NCBI GenBank assembly: GCA_017449185.1
Contig: JAFSJZ010000048.1
Location: forward strand, 2,937 to 66,936
Direction of reading: 5' to 3'
Length of the DNA stretch: 64,000 nt
Source of the DNA: Oscillospiraceae bacterium
GTDB taxonomy: Bacteria > Bacillota > Clostridia > Oscillospirales > Oscillospiraceae
The notes under the pieces were generated by a model that was not told the origin of the DNA, did no database searches, and was given only the letters and a program-made list of their open reading frames with translations. Shown piece by piece: positions 1-9,043 of this stretch; positions within the stretch are counted from its first letter, which is position 1, and the number at the start of each line of letters is the position of its first letter. A program made the translations under genes and the position numbers.

Positions 1-972
1 CTGGATATCTGGATGAAGGACTACTGCGGCGACAAGAAGTATTCGACTCTCAAGCACTATCGCGCGCTTGTCAATGCGCATATCAAACCGGAACTCGGCA
101 AGGTTGAGCTGGGAAAGCTGACCACTCCGGAAGTGCAGAAGTTTTATAACCGACTCATACAGCCTCCGGACGGCTCGCCGGGCATCTCACCCAAAACGGT
201 CAAAAACGCCCATGGCGTTTTGAGTAAAGCCATGGCTGTGGCGGTGGTAAGCGGCCATATCCGGCGCAATCCCTGCCAGGGAGCGATTCTGCCGCGGATC
301 GAGAAGCATGAGATCGAACCGCTGACGGACGATCAGGTCGCGCTGCTCCTGCAGATGGCCGAGCAGGACGAGGAATACGGTATCCTGCTGAAGGTGATCC
401 TGCTCACCGGCGTTCGAAAGGCAGAAGCACTGGGTATCACCTGGGACTGCGTGGATTTTAGGCGCGGCGTGATCCGCATCAACAAACAGCTGCAAAAGCG
501 CCCGATCCGCGACGGCGGCGTAGTGTTCGCGTCCCTGAAAAACGGCAAAGGCCGCACGCTGAAGCCGGCACCCTATGTGATGGAGCTGATGCGAAAGCAG
601 TATAATTTGCAGATCCGGCAGAGGGAAGACGCTTCCGCCGCCTGGAAAGGCTGGAATACGGAGGCGGAGCACCGGACCTCGCTGGCCTTTCTGACAGTCT
701 TCGGAACGCCGCTGCAGCCCCAGACCACGTCCAATCACTTCAAGAAGCTCGCCGCCGAGATCGGTGCACCAAATGCCCGAGTCCATGATCTGCGACACAC
801 CTATGCGGTGCTCTCGCTGCAGAACGGGGACGACGTGAAAACGGTGCAGGGAAACCTCGGCCATGCCACGGCGGCTTTTACACTGGACGTGTACGGTCAC
901 GTTTCCGACGCCATGAAGGCGGCCAGCGCGAGCCGGATGGAAGAATATGTGCGTCAGATCCCGGGCATATAA
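1..972 (+). CDS. Tyrosine-type site-specific integrase, 5'-truncated by the window edge
   Basis: The reading frame is open from base 1 (listed ORF 13..972). The C-terminal catalytic signature is present: GVRKAEAL (Arg box), HDLRHTYA, LGH, and YGH (catalytic Tyr). The gene ends 158 bp from the 3' end of a tRNA gene. Confidence 0.85.
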   Translation: MDIWMKDYCGDKKYSTLKHYRALVNAHIKPELGKVELGKLTTPEVQKFYNRLIQPPDGSPGISPKTVKNAHGVLSKAMAVAVVSGHIRRNPCQGAILPRIEKHEIEPLTDDQVALLLQMAEQDEEYGILLKVILLTGVRKAEALGITWDCVDFRRGVIRINKQLQKRPIRDGGVVFASLKNGKGRTLKPAPYVMELMRKQYNLQIRQREDASAAWKGWNTEAEHRTSLAFLTVFGTPLQPQTTSNHFKKLAAEIGAPNARVHDLRHTYAVLSLQNGDDVKTVQGNLGHATAAFTLDVYGHVSDAMKAASASRMEEYVRQIPGI

Positions 973-1030
973 AATCCAAACAGTACCAAAATACCGTGTT
1001 TTTTCTCACTGTTTTACCCTGTTCAAACGC

Positions 1031-1075
1031 GGTAAGGGTACGGGTAAGGGTAAAGAATAACTTTTGAAAGTTATT
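1031..1075. repeat. Direct repeat ggtaagggta x2 (1031..1040, 1043..1052) plus a 9-bp-arm palindrome aataacttt-tg-aaagttatt (1056..1075)
   Basis: Read directly from the sequence. It lies between the integrase stop and the tRNA-Gln 3' end, so it is a candidate recombinase-binding/att-flanking site. Confidence 0.5.
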
Positions 1076-1091
1076 AAATATGCCAAAAACC

Positions 1092-1130
1092 AAAAAAATC
1101 GACCTGAATCTAACGATTCAAGTCGATTTT
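1092..1130 (-). terminator. Hairpin plus T-run downstream of tRNA-Gln(CUG)
   Basis: On the minus strand the stem is atcgac(t)tgaatc/gattca(g)gtcgat with one mismatch, followed by ttttttt. Confidence 0.55.
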
Positions 1131-1204
1131 TGGCAGCGGGAGAAGGATTCGAACCCTCACATACGGAGTCAGAGTCCGCTGTGCTACCTTTACACAATCC
1201 CGCT
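1131..1204 (-). tRNA. tRNA-Gln (anticodon CUG), CCA encoded
   Basis: Manual cloverleaf of 74 nt. Acceptor AGCGGGA/TCCCGCT, D stem GTGT/GCAC, anticodon stem GCGGA/TCCGT with loop CTCTGAC, T arm GAGGG-TTCGAAT-CCTTC, discriminator G plus CCA. Confidence 0.85.
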
Positions 1205-1217
1205 AAACGCAAAAGTT

Positions 1218-1245
1218 ATTATACAGAAAAAACGCCCTTTGTCAA
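1218..1245 (-). promoter_or_regulatory. Sigma-A-like promoter for tRNA-Gln(CUG)
   Basis: Minus strand reads TTGACA (1245..1240), a 16-nt spacer, then TATAAT (1223..1218), ending about 14 nt upstream of the tRNA 5' end. Confidence 0.5.
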
Positions 1246-1292
1246 GCACTTTTTTCCCGTCCCTCCCGAGCGGCAAAAACAGGGAGGGCCGC

Positions 1293-1730
1293 TCACTCGA
1301 TCGCGAGCAGACGCACGCTCTCCACACCGCCGACGGATTCCAGCGCGGAGACGAGCGAGCTGATCCCGCGGGACACGCCGCCCACGTCGATCGTGAGCGT
1401 GACGCTGGCCTTGCCGAGCACGGGCAGACTCTGCGTGATGGTCAGGATATTCGCGCCCGCTCCGAAGAGGCGCGAGAGCACGGCGCTGAGCACGCCCGGC
1501 TGGTGGTCGAGCATCAGCTCCAGCACGGCCTTGCGGCTGCCGGAGGCCTCTGCGGGTTCGAAGACGTGATCCTTGTATTTATAATACGTGCTGCGCGAGA
1601 TGCCGGCCATGCGCGCGGCTTCGCTGACCTCGCGCACCTTGCCGGACTCGAGCAGGCGGCGGGCTTCGAGCACTTTGGCGTAATAGTCGGGCAGAACGCT
1701 TTTGTGGATGATCAGATACTCTTCGGACAT
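1293..1730 (-). CDS. pheB: UPF0735/PheB-like ACT-domain protein with N-terminal HTH-like segment
   Basis: The internal ATG at 1730 is preceded by GGGAGG. MSEEYLIIHKSVLPDYYAKVLEARRLLESGKV...STYYKYKDHVF... plus a C-terminal ACT domain closely resembles B. subtilis PheB (recalled from memory). Confidence 0.8.
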   Translation of the reverse strand: MSEEYLIIHKSVLPDYYAKVLEARRLLESGKVREVSEAARMAGISRSTYYKYKDHVFEPAEASGSRKAVLELMLDHQPGVLSAVLSRLFGAGANILTITQSLPVLGKASVTLTIDVGGVSRGISSLVSALESVGGVESVRLLAIE

Positions 1731-1863
1731 GGCGATCCCTCCCTTTGGAAACATGATACACTCTGTGAGGATAAAAAACAAGCGTCCTTTGCTGCCGCCG
1801 GTCGGTTGAAAAGAAACCGCGCGTATGTTATATTGAGATTCGCGAGAACTTAAGAAAGGAAGC

Positions 1864-3303
1864 ATGATCGTGAAAGCACCCTTTTCCCCTTACCTCGATG
1901 CGATCGCGCCGGGGCTGAAAAAGCTCGTGGCGCTGCTCGGCGAGGATTATGATTACGTCAGCGTTCTGTCCACGGATTCCGTTGGCTTTGTCGTTTCGAT
2001 CTCCCAGCGCGCAAAGCACGTCGACCATTCGACGATGATGACCGAGCGCGGCAGCGTCGTCCGCGTCCGCCGCGGAGGACTGTACAGCGAGTTTGCCTTC
2101 AACCGTTTTGACCCCGCCTGCCCCGAGCAGACCGCCGCCGAAGCGCGGCGCGTACTGAACGAGCAGTTTGCCCTGCTCGAGGAGACGAAGAGCGAGATCT
2201 ACGACACGCCCGCCCTGCCGGATGAGCCCTGTGAGCTCCGCGAGGAGATGGAGACCGGCGAGCTGCCGGAGAACTGCGATCTCGGCGAGCTGGTCGACAG
2301 CTTTTCGGAGATGTCGGCGCGCGGCGTCGCCTGCGGCGAGCACGCCGTCGACTGTCATGTGCGCGGCCAGTCCACCCACGTGTGCAAGATGTTCCTCACG
2401 GCGAAGCGCGACATGCGCCAGAGCTACGTCTATTCCGAGGGCGTCGTTGCGGTGATCGCGGCGGGCGAAGCGGGCGTCAAGTTCGGCTATGAGAGCGTCT
2501 CCGACCGCAAAGGCCCTGAGATTTTCGCCCTGCTCGGAGAAAAGGTCGAAAAGGTCGCAAAGAGCGCCGAGGAGCTGCTCACGGCCGAAAGGATCGAGCC
2601 GGGCGAGTACGAGGTCATCGTCTCGCCGGAGGTCAGCGGTCTGATCGCGCACGAGGCCTTCGGCCACGGCGTGGAGATGGACATGTTTGTGAAGAACCGC
2701 GCGCTCGGCGCAGAGTATATCGGCAAGCGCGTCGGCAGTGATCTCGTGACGATGCACGAGGGCGCAAAGCCGGAGATCCAGGTCGCGAGCTATGCCTTCG
2801 ACGACGAGGGCACGCTCGCCCATGACACCGTGGAGATCCGAAACGGCATCCTGCAGACCGGCGTGTGCGACGCCCTCGCGGCTCTGCGCCTTGGCGTCGA
2901 GCCTACCGGCAACGGCAAACGCCAGAACTTCGAGCACAAGGTTTACACCCGCATGACCAACACGGTGTTCGAATCGGGCGAGTCGACGCTCGAGGAAATG
3001 ATCGCGACGGTGAAATACGGCTATCTCCTCAAGGGCATGCAGTCCGGCATGGAGGACCCCAAGCACTGGGGCATCCAGTGCATTATCGACCGCGGCTACG
3101 AGATCCGCGACGGCAAGCTGACCGGCAAGGTCGTCTCCCCGATCGTGATGACAGGCTATGTGCCGGATCTGCTCGGCTCGATCTCGATGCTCAGCCGCGA
3201 CCATGAGCTCTTCGGCTCCGGCGGCTGCGGCAAGGGGCACAAGGAATGGGTCAAGGTCTCGGACGGCGGCCCCTATATGAAAGCGAAAGCGAGGCTCGGA
3301 TAA
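1864..3303 (+). CDS. tldD: TldD-family metalloprotease
   Basis: 479 aa. It has the HEAFGHGVEMD zinc motif and TldD/PmbA-family C-terminal GGCGKG, and is immediately followed by its PmbA partner. Confidence 0.9.
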   Translation: MIVKAPFSPYLDAIAPGLKKLVALLGEDYDYVSVLSTDSVGFVVSISQRAKHVDHSTMMTERGSVVRVRRGGLYSEFAFNRFDPACPEQTAAEARRVLNEQFALLEETKSEIYDTPALPDEPCELREEMETGELPENCDLGELVDSFSEMSARGVACGEHAVDCHVRGQSTHVCKMFLTAKRDMRQSYVYSEGVVAVIAAGEAGVKFGYESVSDRKGPEIFALLGEKVEKVAKSAEELLTAERIEPGEYEVIVSPEVSGLIAHEAFGHGVEMDMFVKNRALGAEYIGKRVGSDLVTMHEGAKPEIQVASYAFDDEGTLAHDTVEIRNGILQTGVCDALAALRLGVEPTGNGKRQNFEHKVYTRMTNTVFESGESTLEEMIATVKYGYLLKGMQSGMEDPKHWGIQCIIDRGYEIRDGKLTGKVVSPIVMTGYVPDLLGSISMLSRDHELFGSGGCGKGHKEWVKVSDGGPYMKAKARLG

Positions 3304-4590
3304 ATGGAAAACTATATTCTTGATCTGCTCCGCAGCTCCGGAGCCGACGCCTGGACCGTATCGGACGTGCGCCGCAGAGGATGGGAATTCTATTTCGTCC
3401 GCCACGCGCTCGACCAGAACCGCGCCCGCGACGCCGAGCACATCACTTTGACGGTGTACAGACAGTTCTCCGAGGGAGAACAGAGCTTCCTCGGAAGCGC
3501 TTCGGCCGAGATCGCGCCCAGCGCATCGCCCGCCGAGGCCGAAAAGCTGATCGCGCAGCTGCTGGACGAGGCGAAGCTGATCCGCAACCCCTTCTACACG
3601 CTCAACGAGCCGCGCGGCGAGGCCGTGCTCACCGCTCAGGCGCCCGACCTGCGCGCCATCTCCGGCGACTTCCTGCGCGCGATGCGCTCCGTGGAAGAGA
3701 GCGCGGACGCGTTCATCAATTCCTACGAGATCTTCGCCGACTGCGTCGAGCGCCGCTTTATCTCCTCGACGGGCATCGACGTGACGGACGTCTATCCCGC
3801 CTCGATGACGGAGGTCGTCGTCAACGCCCGCAGGGCCGGTCACGAGATCGAGCTCTACCGCATGTACAAATCCGGCAGCTGCGACGCCGCCGGACTGAAG
3901 GCGAACGTCGAGGAAACGCTGCGCTTCGGCCGTGACAAGCTGCGCGCGCAGAAAACGCCTGCGCTCGGCAAGTGCGACGTCGTGTTCTCCACGGACGACG
4001 CGCTGGAAATCTACAGCTATTTCATCGACCGCATGAGCACGAACATGGTCTTTCAGCGCATCTCCGACCTTGAGATCGGCAAGCGCGTCTGCGAGGACGC
4101 GGGCGGCGATGCTCTCACGGTCAGGGCGCTGCGCAGCCTCGAGAATTCCTCGCACAACGGCGCCTACGACGAAGAGGGCGCGCCGGTTCGCGAGCTGACG
4201 ATCATCGACAAGAGCGTTGCGAAGAGCTACTTCGGCAGCCGCATGTTCTCGCAATACCTCGGCCTGGAGGACAGCTTCATGCCCGGCAACATCGCCGTCG
4301 ACGGCGGCGCCGCCTCCGCGGCGGAGCTGCGCACGGGCCGGTATCTCGAGATCGTCGAGTTCTCCGATTTCCAGGTCGACGCGATGTGCGGCGACATCGC
4401 CGGCGAGATCCGCCTGGGCTACCTGCACGACGGCGACACGGTCACGGTCGTGGAGGGCGGCTCGGTCTCCGGCACGATGCGCGAGCTGGCCGGCTCGATG
4501 CGATTCTCGAAGGAGCAGAGACAGTACGACAACTATCTCATCCCCGCCGTCACGCGTTTGCAGGGCGTGAGCATCACCGGCGCAGAATAA
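3304..4590 (+). CDS. pmbA: PmbA/TldE-family protein (TldD partner)
   Basis: 428 aa with TldD/PmbA-family similarity but lacking the HExxxH motif. The start is adjacent to the tldD stop (TAAATG). Confidence 0.85.
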   Translation: MENYILDLLRSSGADAWTVSDVRRRGWEFYFVRHALDQNRARDAEHITLTVYRQFSEGEQSFLGSASAEIAPSASPAEAEKLIAQLLDEAKLIRNPFYTLNEPRGEAVLTAQAPDLRAISGDFLRAMRSVEESADAFINSYEIFADCVERRFISSTGIDVTDVYPASMTEVVVNARRAGHEIELYRMYKSGSCDAAGLKANVEETLRFGRDKLRAQKTPALGKCDVVFSTDDALEIYSYFIDRMSTNMVFQRISDLEIGKRVCEDAGGDALTVRALRSLENSSHNGAYDEEGAPVRELTIIDKSVAKSYFGSRMFSQYLGLEDSFMPGNIAVDGGAASAAELRTGRYLEIVEFSDFQVDAMCGDIAGEIRLGYLHDGDTVTVVEGGSVSGTMRELAGSMRFSKEQRQYDNYLIPAVTRLQGVSITGAE

Positions 4591-4613
4591 GGAATAAGAA
4601 AGAAGAAAAACGC

Positions 4614-4648
4614 AAGGCCGCTGCGATATTCCGCAGCGGCCTTGTTTT
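4614..4648. terminator. Bidirectional intrinsic terminator between convergent genes
   Basis: 12-bp stem aaggccgctgcg/cgcagcggcctt flanked by an A-run and a T-run. Confidence 0.65.
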
Positions 4649-4663
4649 GCAAAACAGGGGGAA

Positions 4664-5506
4664 TTATTCGAGATTGAGGTGCTTTTTGAGAATGAAGCGC
4701 GAGAGGAAGAAGAAGCCGGTGCCAAGCAGGACCTCCCAAAACAGGACCGAGCCCATCGCTCCGGCCATCATCCCGAGACCGTGTGCGGTAATCTCGCCGC
4801 TGTCAGCGAAGAAGCCCCAGCTTCCGCTGCCGAGGATGCGCATGAGCAGGCCGCTGGACACGCCGAAGCCGAAGAGGATGTTCAGCACGACGTCGATGCC
4901 GACATAGGCGAGGACCGCCCAGAGCACGCGGTGCTTTTTCGCCAGATGACCCAGCGAGATCGCCGCGTAGATCTTCAGCGTCTCGGCGGCAGTCGCGGCG
5001 ATCGCGACGATCACGCCCTCGGCGACGAGCCAAGGCGTTGCGGCGGGGAAGTCAAGCTGACGGAACATCGCCAGGAACTCCCGCCAGCCGCGGAGAAGTT
5101 CCTCGCCGCTGTAAGTGACGGCGACCAGCGTGATGCACAGCAGCGCGACAAGGCCGGAGACGATCTCGAGGATCAAGGCGGTCAGACCCTTCGAGGCGAT
5201 ATGCGCGCCCGCCGTGACGGGCAGCGTGTGCATCAGATAACCCTCATCGCCGAGCAGGCCACTGTAAAAGCGGCTGCAGACGAAGATCAGCGCCATCACG
5301 GCCATCGCCACGAAGATGCCGAAGAGCGCCGCGGGGAGCAGACCGACAAACATCTTCATCAGAAAGTTGCTGGAAGAGACACTGTCCATCAGGCGGAAGT
5401 AGAGACCGCAGACCACGCTCAGCGCCACAGCGGCGATCCAGAGCGGGCCGAACTTGCGCAGCATGGAGCGCAGGTCGTATTTCATCAGTTTACCGAGCAT
5501 TGTCAT
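4664..5506 (-). CDS. ABC-2-type membrane permease (YtrC/D-like)
   Basis: 280 aa polytopic hydrophobic protein directly downstream of an ABC ATPase and a GntR regulator. Confidence 0.7.
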   Translation of the reverse strand: MTMLGKLMKYDLRSMLRKFGPLWIAAVALSVVCGLYFRLMDSVSSSNFLMKMFVGLLPAALFGIFVAMAVMALIFVCSRFYSGLLGDEGYLMHTLPVTAGAHIASKGLTALILEIVSGLVALLCITLVAVTYSGEELLRGWREFLAMFRQLDFPAATPWLVAEGVIVAIAATAAETLKIYAAISLGHLAKKHRVLWAVLAYVGIDVVLNILFGFGVSSGLLMRILGSGSWGFFADSGEITAHGLGMMAGAMGSVLFWEVLLGTGFFFLSRFILKKHLNLE

Positions 5507-5516
5507 TTCCTCCTAT

Positions 5517-6221
5517 TCAGATCTGCGCGCGGAACATGTCGCGGAAGAGCTGATCGACGCTGCCGCCGGTGCGCTCGCGGATGCTGTCCACGCTCTCGTG
5601 CAGGACCACCTCGCCCTGCCGCAGAAAGACCGCCTCGTCGAGCACCTGCTCGACGTCGAGGATCAGGTGCGTGGAGATCAGCACCGTGCCGTCCTCGCTG
5701 TAATTCGTCAGGATCGTGCGCAGGATGAACTCGCGCGCCGCCGGATCCACGCCTGCGATCGGCTCGTCGAGCAGATACAGCTTTGCGGCGCGGGACATGA
5801 CGAGCATGAGCTGCATCTTCTCGCGCGTGCCCTTCGAGAGCGTCTTGATCGGCAGCTTTTTGTCCAGCCCCAGTACGCGGCACATCTCGTCGGCCTTGGA
5901 GCGGTCGAAGTCGGCATAGAAGTCGGCGAAGAGCTCAATCATGTCGCCCACGCGCATCCACGCGGGGAAGTAGCCGCGGTCGGGCAGATAGCTGACGATC
6001 TGCTTGGTCTCGACGCCCGGCGCGTTCCCGGCGATGCGCACCTCGCCGGAAGTGGGCTGCAGCAGCCCGTTGAGGATCTTGATCAGCGTCGTCTTGCCCG
6101 AGCCGTTGGGGCCGAGAAGACCGACGATCCTGCCGGAGGCAAGGCTGAGATTGACGCAGTCGAGAGCGCGTACGTTTTCAAAATTGCGGCACAGGTTCGT
6201 GCATCTTACCAATTCATTCAT
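5517..6221 (-). CDS. ABC transporter ATP-binding protein
   Basis: Walker A GPNGSGKTT, signature LSKGTREK, Walker B LYLLDEP. It overlaps the upstream GntR gene by 4 nt. Confidence 0.9.
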   Translation of the reverse strand: MNELVRCTNLCRNFENVRALDCVNLSLASGRIVGLLGPNGSGKTTLIKILNGLLQPTSGEVRIAGNAPGVETKQIVSYLPDRGYFPAWMRVGDMIELFADFYADFDRSKADEMCRVLGLDKKLPIKTLSKGTREKMQLMLVMSRAAKLYLLDEPIAGVDPAAREFILRTILTNYSEDGTVLISTHLILDVEQVLDEAVFLRQGEVVLHESVDSIRERTGGSVDQLFRDMFRAQI

Positions 6222-6592
6222 GTCGTTTCCTCCTTTTTGTCCGCCGCGGCAAGCTCCGCGGCCTGAGCACGGGTAAAGCCCAGTTCTTTCATGGCCGAAA
6301 AGAATTGTTCGGTCAGCTCTGCGGCGAGACGCTTTCGCATCGCGTCGAGCACGCCCACGTCCTCGGTCACGGTGCGGCCGGCGGTGCGGTTCGTGATGAC
6401 GAGACCCTCGTTCTCCAGCTGCCCCAGCGCGCGCTGCATCGTGTTCGGGTTGACGCCCGCTTCCGCAGCAAGCTCGCGCACGGTGGGGAAGCGGGAGGCG
6501 GGCGGGTAAACGCCGGTCACGATCCGCCGGGCGAGCTGTTCGGCAAGCTGCTGCCAGATCGGCCGCGAGCTCTGCAGTTCAAAATCCATCAT
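6218..6592 (-). CDS. GntR-family (YtrA-subfamily, short) transcriptional regulator
   Basis: 124 aa with a winged-helix N-terminus (PIWQQLAEQLARRIVTGVYPPASRFPTVRELAAEAGVNPNTMQRALGQLENEGLV). Confidence 0.9.
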   Translation of the reverse strand: MMDFELQSSRPIWQQLAEQLARRIVTGVYPPASRFPTVRELAAEAGVNPNTMQRALGQLENEGLVITNRTAGRTVTEDVGVLDAMRKRLAAELTEQFFSAMKELGFTRAQAAELAAADKKEETT

Positions 6593-6782
6593 GGCCCTCC
6601 TTTGTATGTTTGTATTAAGCGATTAACACAATACTACAACAATACAATTCTGTCAAGGGGTTTTTCAAAAAAATTTTTGGAAGGGGGAAAATCTGAATAA
6701 TTCTGAAATCTGCGCCGGATCGCTGTACATTTCCGCGCGCCGGGGGTATAACATGAGCGTTCCATGAAAGGAGGACCTTTCC

Positions 6783-7352
6783 ATGACTGCGATCAAAGTA
6801 TGTATCTGTGTCCTGTTCGCGCTGCTCCTGCTCGCAGGCTGCGGCCCGCAGAACAGGGACGCCGCCCCGAACCCGACGGAGGAGATCATCGAGCCGGCCA
6901 GTCTCGAGAGTGAGGAGATCGACGAGATGATCGCCGAGCAGATCGAGGAATCCGGCGAAGTGCTGCCGGAGGAACAGACAGGCGGGGACGAAGAAAAAGC
7001 CGCGGCGCTTGCCGCGCTGCTCGAGGACGTCCGCACGAGCGTTTTTCCCGGCACGGCCGGAAATTCCCTTAGAGCCGCGGGCCGCGCTGCCGCGATGGCG
7101 GACTTCTTTGCCGAAGGCGGCATGAGCCCCGACGAGGCCGACCGCGCCGTGCAGGACTATATCGCCTCGCTCTCCGCGGAGGATGCGGAGCTCTTTGAAA
7201 TGCAGCTTGACGCCGTCCTCGGCGCCTTCAGCTCGCTCACGGGCGAGAACGGCGCGGACCTGCTGGAGGACTGCGGCTATGAGAGCGCATATTTCCCCTG
7301 GAGCGAGGAGAATGTGCGAAATTGCTTCGCCGCGCTTCCGGGTTCGGATTGA
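6783..7352 (+). CDS. Acidic lipoprotein of unknown function
   Basis: Good RBS (AAAGGAGG). Signal peptide with lipobox LLLAGC. No recognised domain. Confidence 0.6.
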   Translation: MTAIKVCICVLFALLLLAGCGPQNRDAAPNPTEEIIEPASLESEEIDEMIAEQIEESGEVLPEEQTGGDEEKAAALAALLEDVRTSVFPGTAGNSLRAAGRAAAMADFFAEGGMSPDEADRAVQDYIASLSAEDAELFEMQLDAVLGAFSSLTGENGADLLEDCGYESAYFPWSEENVRNCFAALPGSD

Positions 7353-7355
7353 GAG

Positions 7356-7478
7356 TAGTTTCTAGTGTCTAGATTCCAGTTTCTAGAGGACGAGAGTTAC
7401 GATAAAAAATAAAAGAGTGCGGAGATTACTCCGCACTCTTTTTTTTACTAGACACCAGATACCGGATTCTAGAAACTA
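7356..7478. repeat. CTAG-rich palindromic-arm element around a bidirectional terminator (copy 1)
   Basis: Left arm tagtttctagtgtctagattccagtttctag (7356..7386), terminator hairpin 7411..7446, right arm ctagacaccagataccggattctagaaacta (7448..7478). A homologous copy lies at 35476..35597. Confidence 0.65.
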
Positions 7479-9043
7479 TCCAGCACCGCTTCGGCACAGC
7501 GCAGGCCGTCCACGGCGGCGGAGGTGATGCCCCCCGCGTAGCCGGCACCCTCCCCGCAGGGGTAGAGCCCGCGCACGGCGGGCGAAGAAAAGTCCTCTCC
7601 GCGCAGGATGCGGACGGGGGAGGAGGAGCGCGTCTCCGGCGCGGTCAGCACGGCGTCGGGGTCGTCGAAGCCGCGCAGCTTTTTCCCAAGCTCCGGGATG
7701 GCGCGCGCGAGCACGGACGTGATCTTGTCGGGCAGCACCTCGCGCAGCTCGCCCCAGATCACGCCGGGGCGGTAGGAAGGCTGAACGCTCCGCGCACCGA
7801 TGCTCGGCCGGGCGGCGAGAAAGTCGCCGACGAGCTGCGCGGGAGCCAGGTAATTCCCGCCGCCGTAAGCCCAGGCCGCGCGCTCGATCTGCCGCTGCCA
7901 GGCCATGCCCGCGAACAGATCGTCGCCTGGGAAATCCTCCGGCCGCAGCGTGACGAGCAGGGCGGCGTTGGCATTTTGCCCGCTGCGGCGGGAATCACTC
8001 ATGCCGTTCGTGACGACGCCGCCCGCCTCCGAGGCGGCGGCGAAGACCTCGCCGCCGGGGCACATGCAGAAGGTATAGGCGCTCTCGCCGTCGGGAAGGC
8101 GGACGTTCAGCGAGTAGTCGGCGGGCGGCAGCTCACCGCGCTCGCACCCGTACTGGGAAAGGTCGATCGCGCGCTGCAGGTGCTCAATGCGCACGCCCAT
8201 CGAGAAGGGCTTTCTTTGCATCGGCAGGTCCAGCGCACGCAGCGCCGCAAAGGTGTCGCGCGCCGAGTGCCCGATCGCCAGGATCAGCCGTGAGCAGGGG
8301 AGTGTATAGTCCCCCTCCGGCGAATGCACGCGCGCAGCGCACAGCGTTCCGTTCTTGATCTCCAGTCCCTCAAGCCGGTGTGAGAAACGGATCTCGCCTC
8401 CGTGCGCGAGGATATCCTCCCGGATCGACCTGACCACGCCCGCGAGCACGTCCGTTCCGATATGCGGCTTGGCGTCGTACAGGATCTCCTCCTGCGCGCC
8501 GTGCTCGTAAAACTGCCGCAGCACCCAGGCGATGCGCGGATCGTGCGTGCCGGTGTTCAGCTTGCCGTCGGAGAAGGTGCCCGCGCCGCCCTCGCCGAAC
8601 TGCACGTTGTTCTCGCCATCGAGCTCTCCGCCCGCGCGGAAGCGTTCGACCGCTTCCCGCCGCGCGTCCACGTCCCGGCCGCGCTCGAGTACAATCGGTT
8701 TTGCACCCGCATAAGCGAGCAGGAGCGCGGCAAACATCCCCGCCGGGCCGAAGCCTACGACGACGGGGCGCTCGGCGCTCTCCACATGCGGGATGCGGTA
8801 TTTCTTTTCCTGATAGAGGGAACAGCCCGCGCGCTTGCAAAGGCGCGCCTCGCCGCCCTTAACGGTCACGGCGAGAGAGCAGACGAAATGAATGTCGTCC
8901 TTCTTCCGCGCGTCGAGCGAGCGGCGGATAAGCTTGATCTCGCGGAGCTCCTCAGAACGCACGCCCAGCTTTTTCGCCGCGCGGGAGCGCAGCGCGGAGA
9001 CGTCCTCGCCCGGGGCGAGGCGCAGATCGCGCACAAGGATCAT
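7469..9043 (-). CDS. FAD-dependent protein (COG2509-type NAD(FAD)-utilising dehydrogenase)
   Basis: The start at 9043 (MILVRDLRL...) forms an ATGA overlap with the upstream gene. Dinucleotide-binding VVVGFGPAGMFAALLLA and a C-terminal GEGAGYAGGI motif are present. Confidence 0.85.
   Translation of the reverse strand: MILVRDLRLAPGEDVSALRSRAAKKLGVRSEELREIKLIRRSLDARKKDDIHFVCSLAVTVKGGEARLCKRAGCSLYQEKKYRIPHVESAERPVVVGFGPAGMFAALLLAYAGAKPIVLERGRDVDARREAVERFRAGGELDGENNVQFGEGGAGTFSDGKLNTGTHDPRIAWVLRQFYEHGAQEEILYDAKPHIGTDVLAGVVRSIREDILAHGGEIRFSHRLEGLEIKNGTLCAARVHSPEGDYTLPCSRLILAIGHSARDTFAALRALDLPMQRKPFSMGVRIEHLQRAIDLSQYGCERGELPPADYSLNVRLPDGESAYTFCMCPGGEVFAAASEAGGVVTNGMSDSRRSGQNANAALLVTLRPEDFPGDDLFAGMAWQRQIERAAWAYGGGNYLAPAQLVGDFLAARPSIGARSVQPSYRPGVIWGELREVLPDKITSVLARAIPELGKKLRGFDDPDAVLTAPETRSSSPVRILRGEDFSSPAVRGLYPCGEGAGYAGGITSAAVDGLRCAEAVLDSF

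Noticed and set aside
1828-4725. 965-aa ORF on the minus strand spanning tldD and pmbA. Similar giant antisense ORFs occur at 9085..12042, 19914..22247, 24958..26670, 46712..50545, 52653..54551 and 60007..61578.
   Set aside because: They lie antisense to genes with clear homology and motifs. Their translations are Arg/Ala/Gly/Asp-rich low-information strings typical of stop-codon-poor shadow frames in high-GC DNA, and they have no RBS context.
6600-6660. GntR/YtrA operator in the divergent promoter region (ttgtatt ... aatacaa, with caatac direct repeats).
   Set aside because: Only short (5-7 bp) imperfect symmetry is present. That is not enough to call a site without a family-specific motif model.
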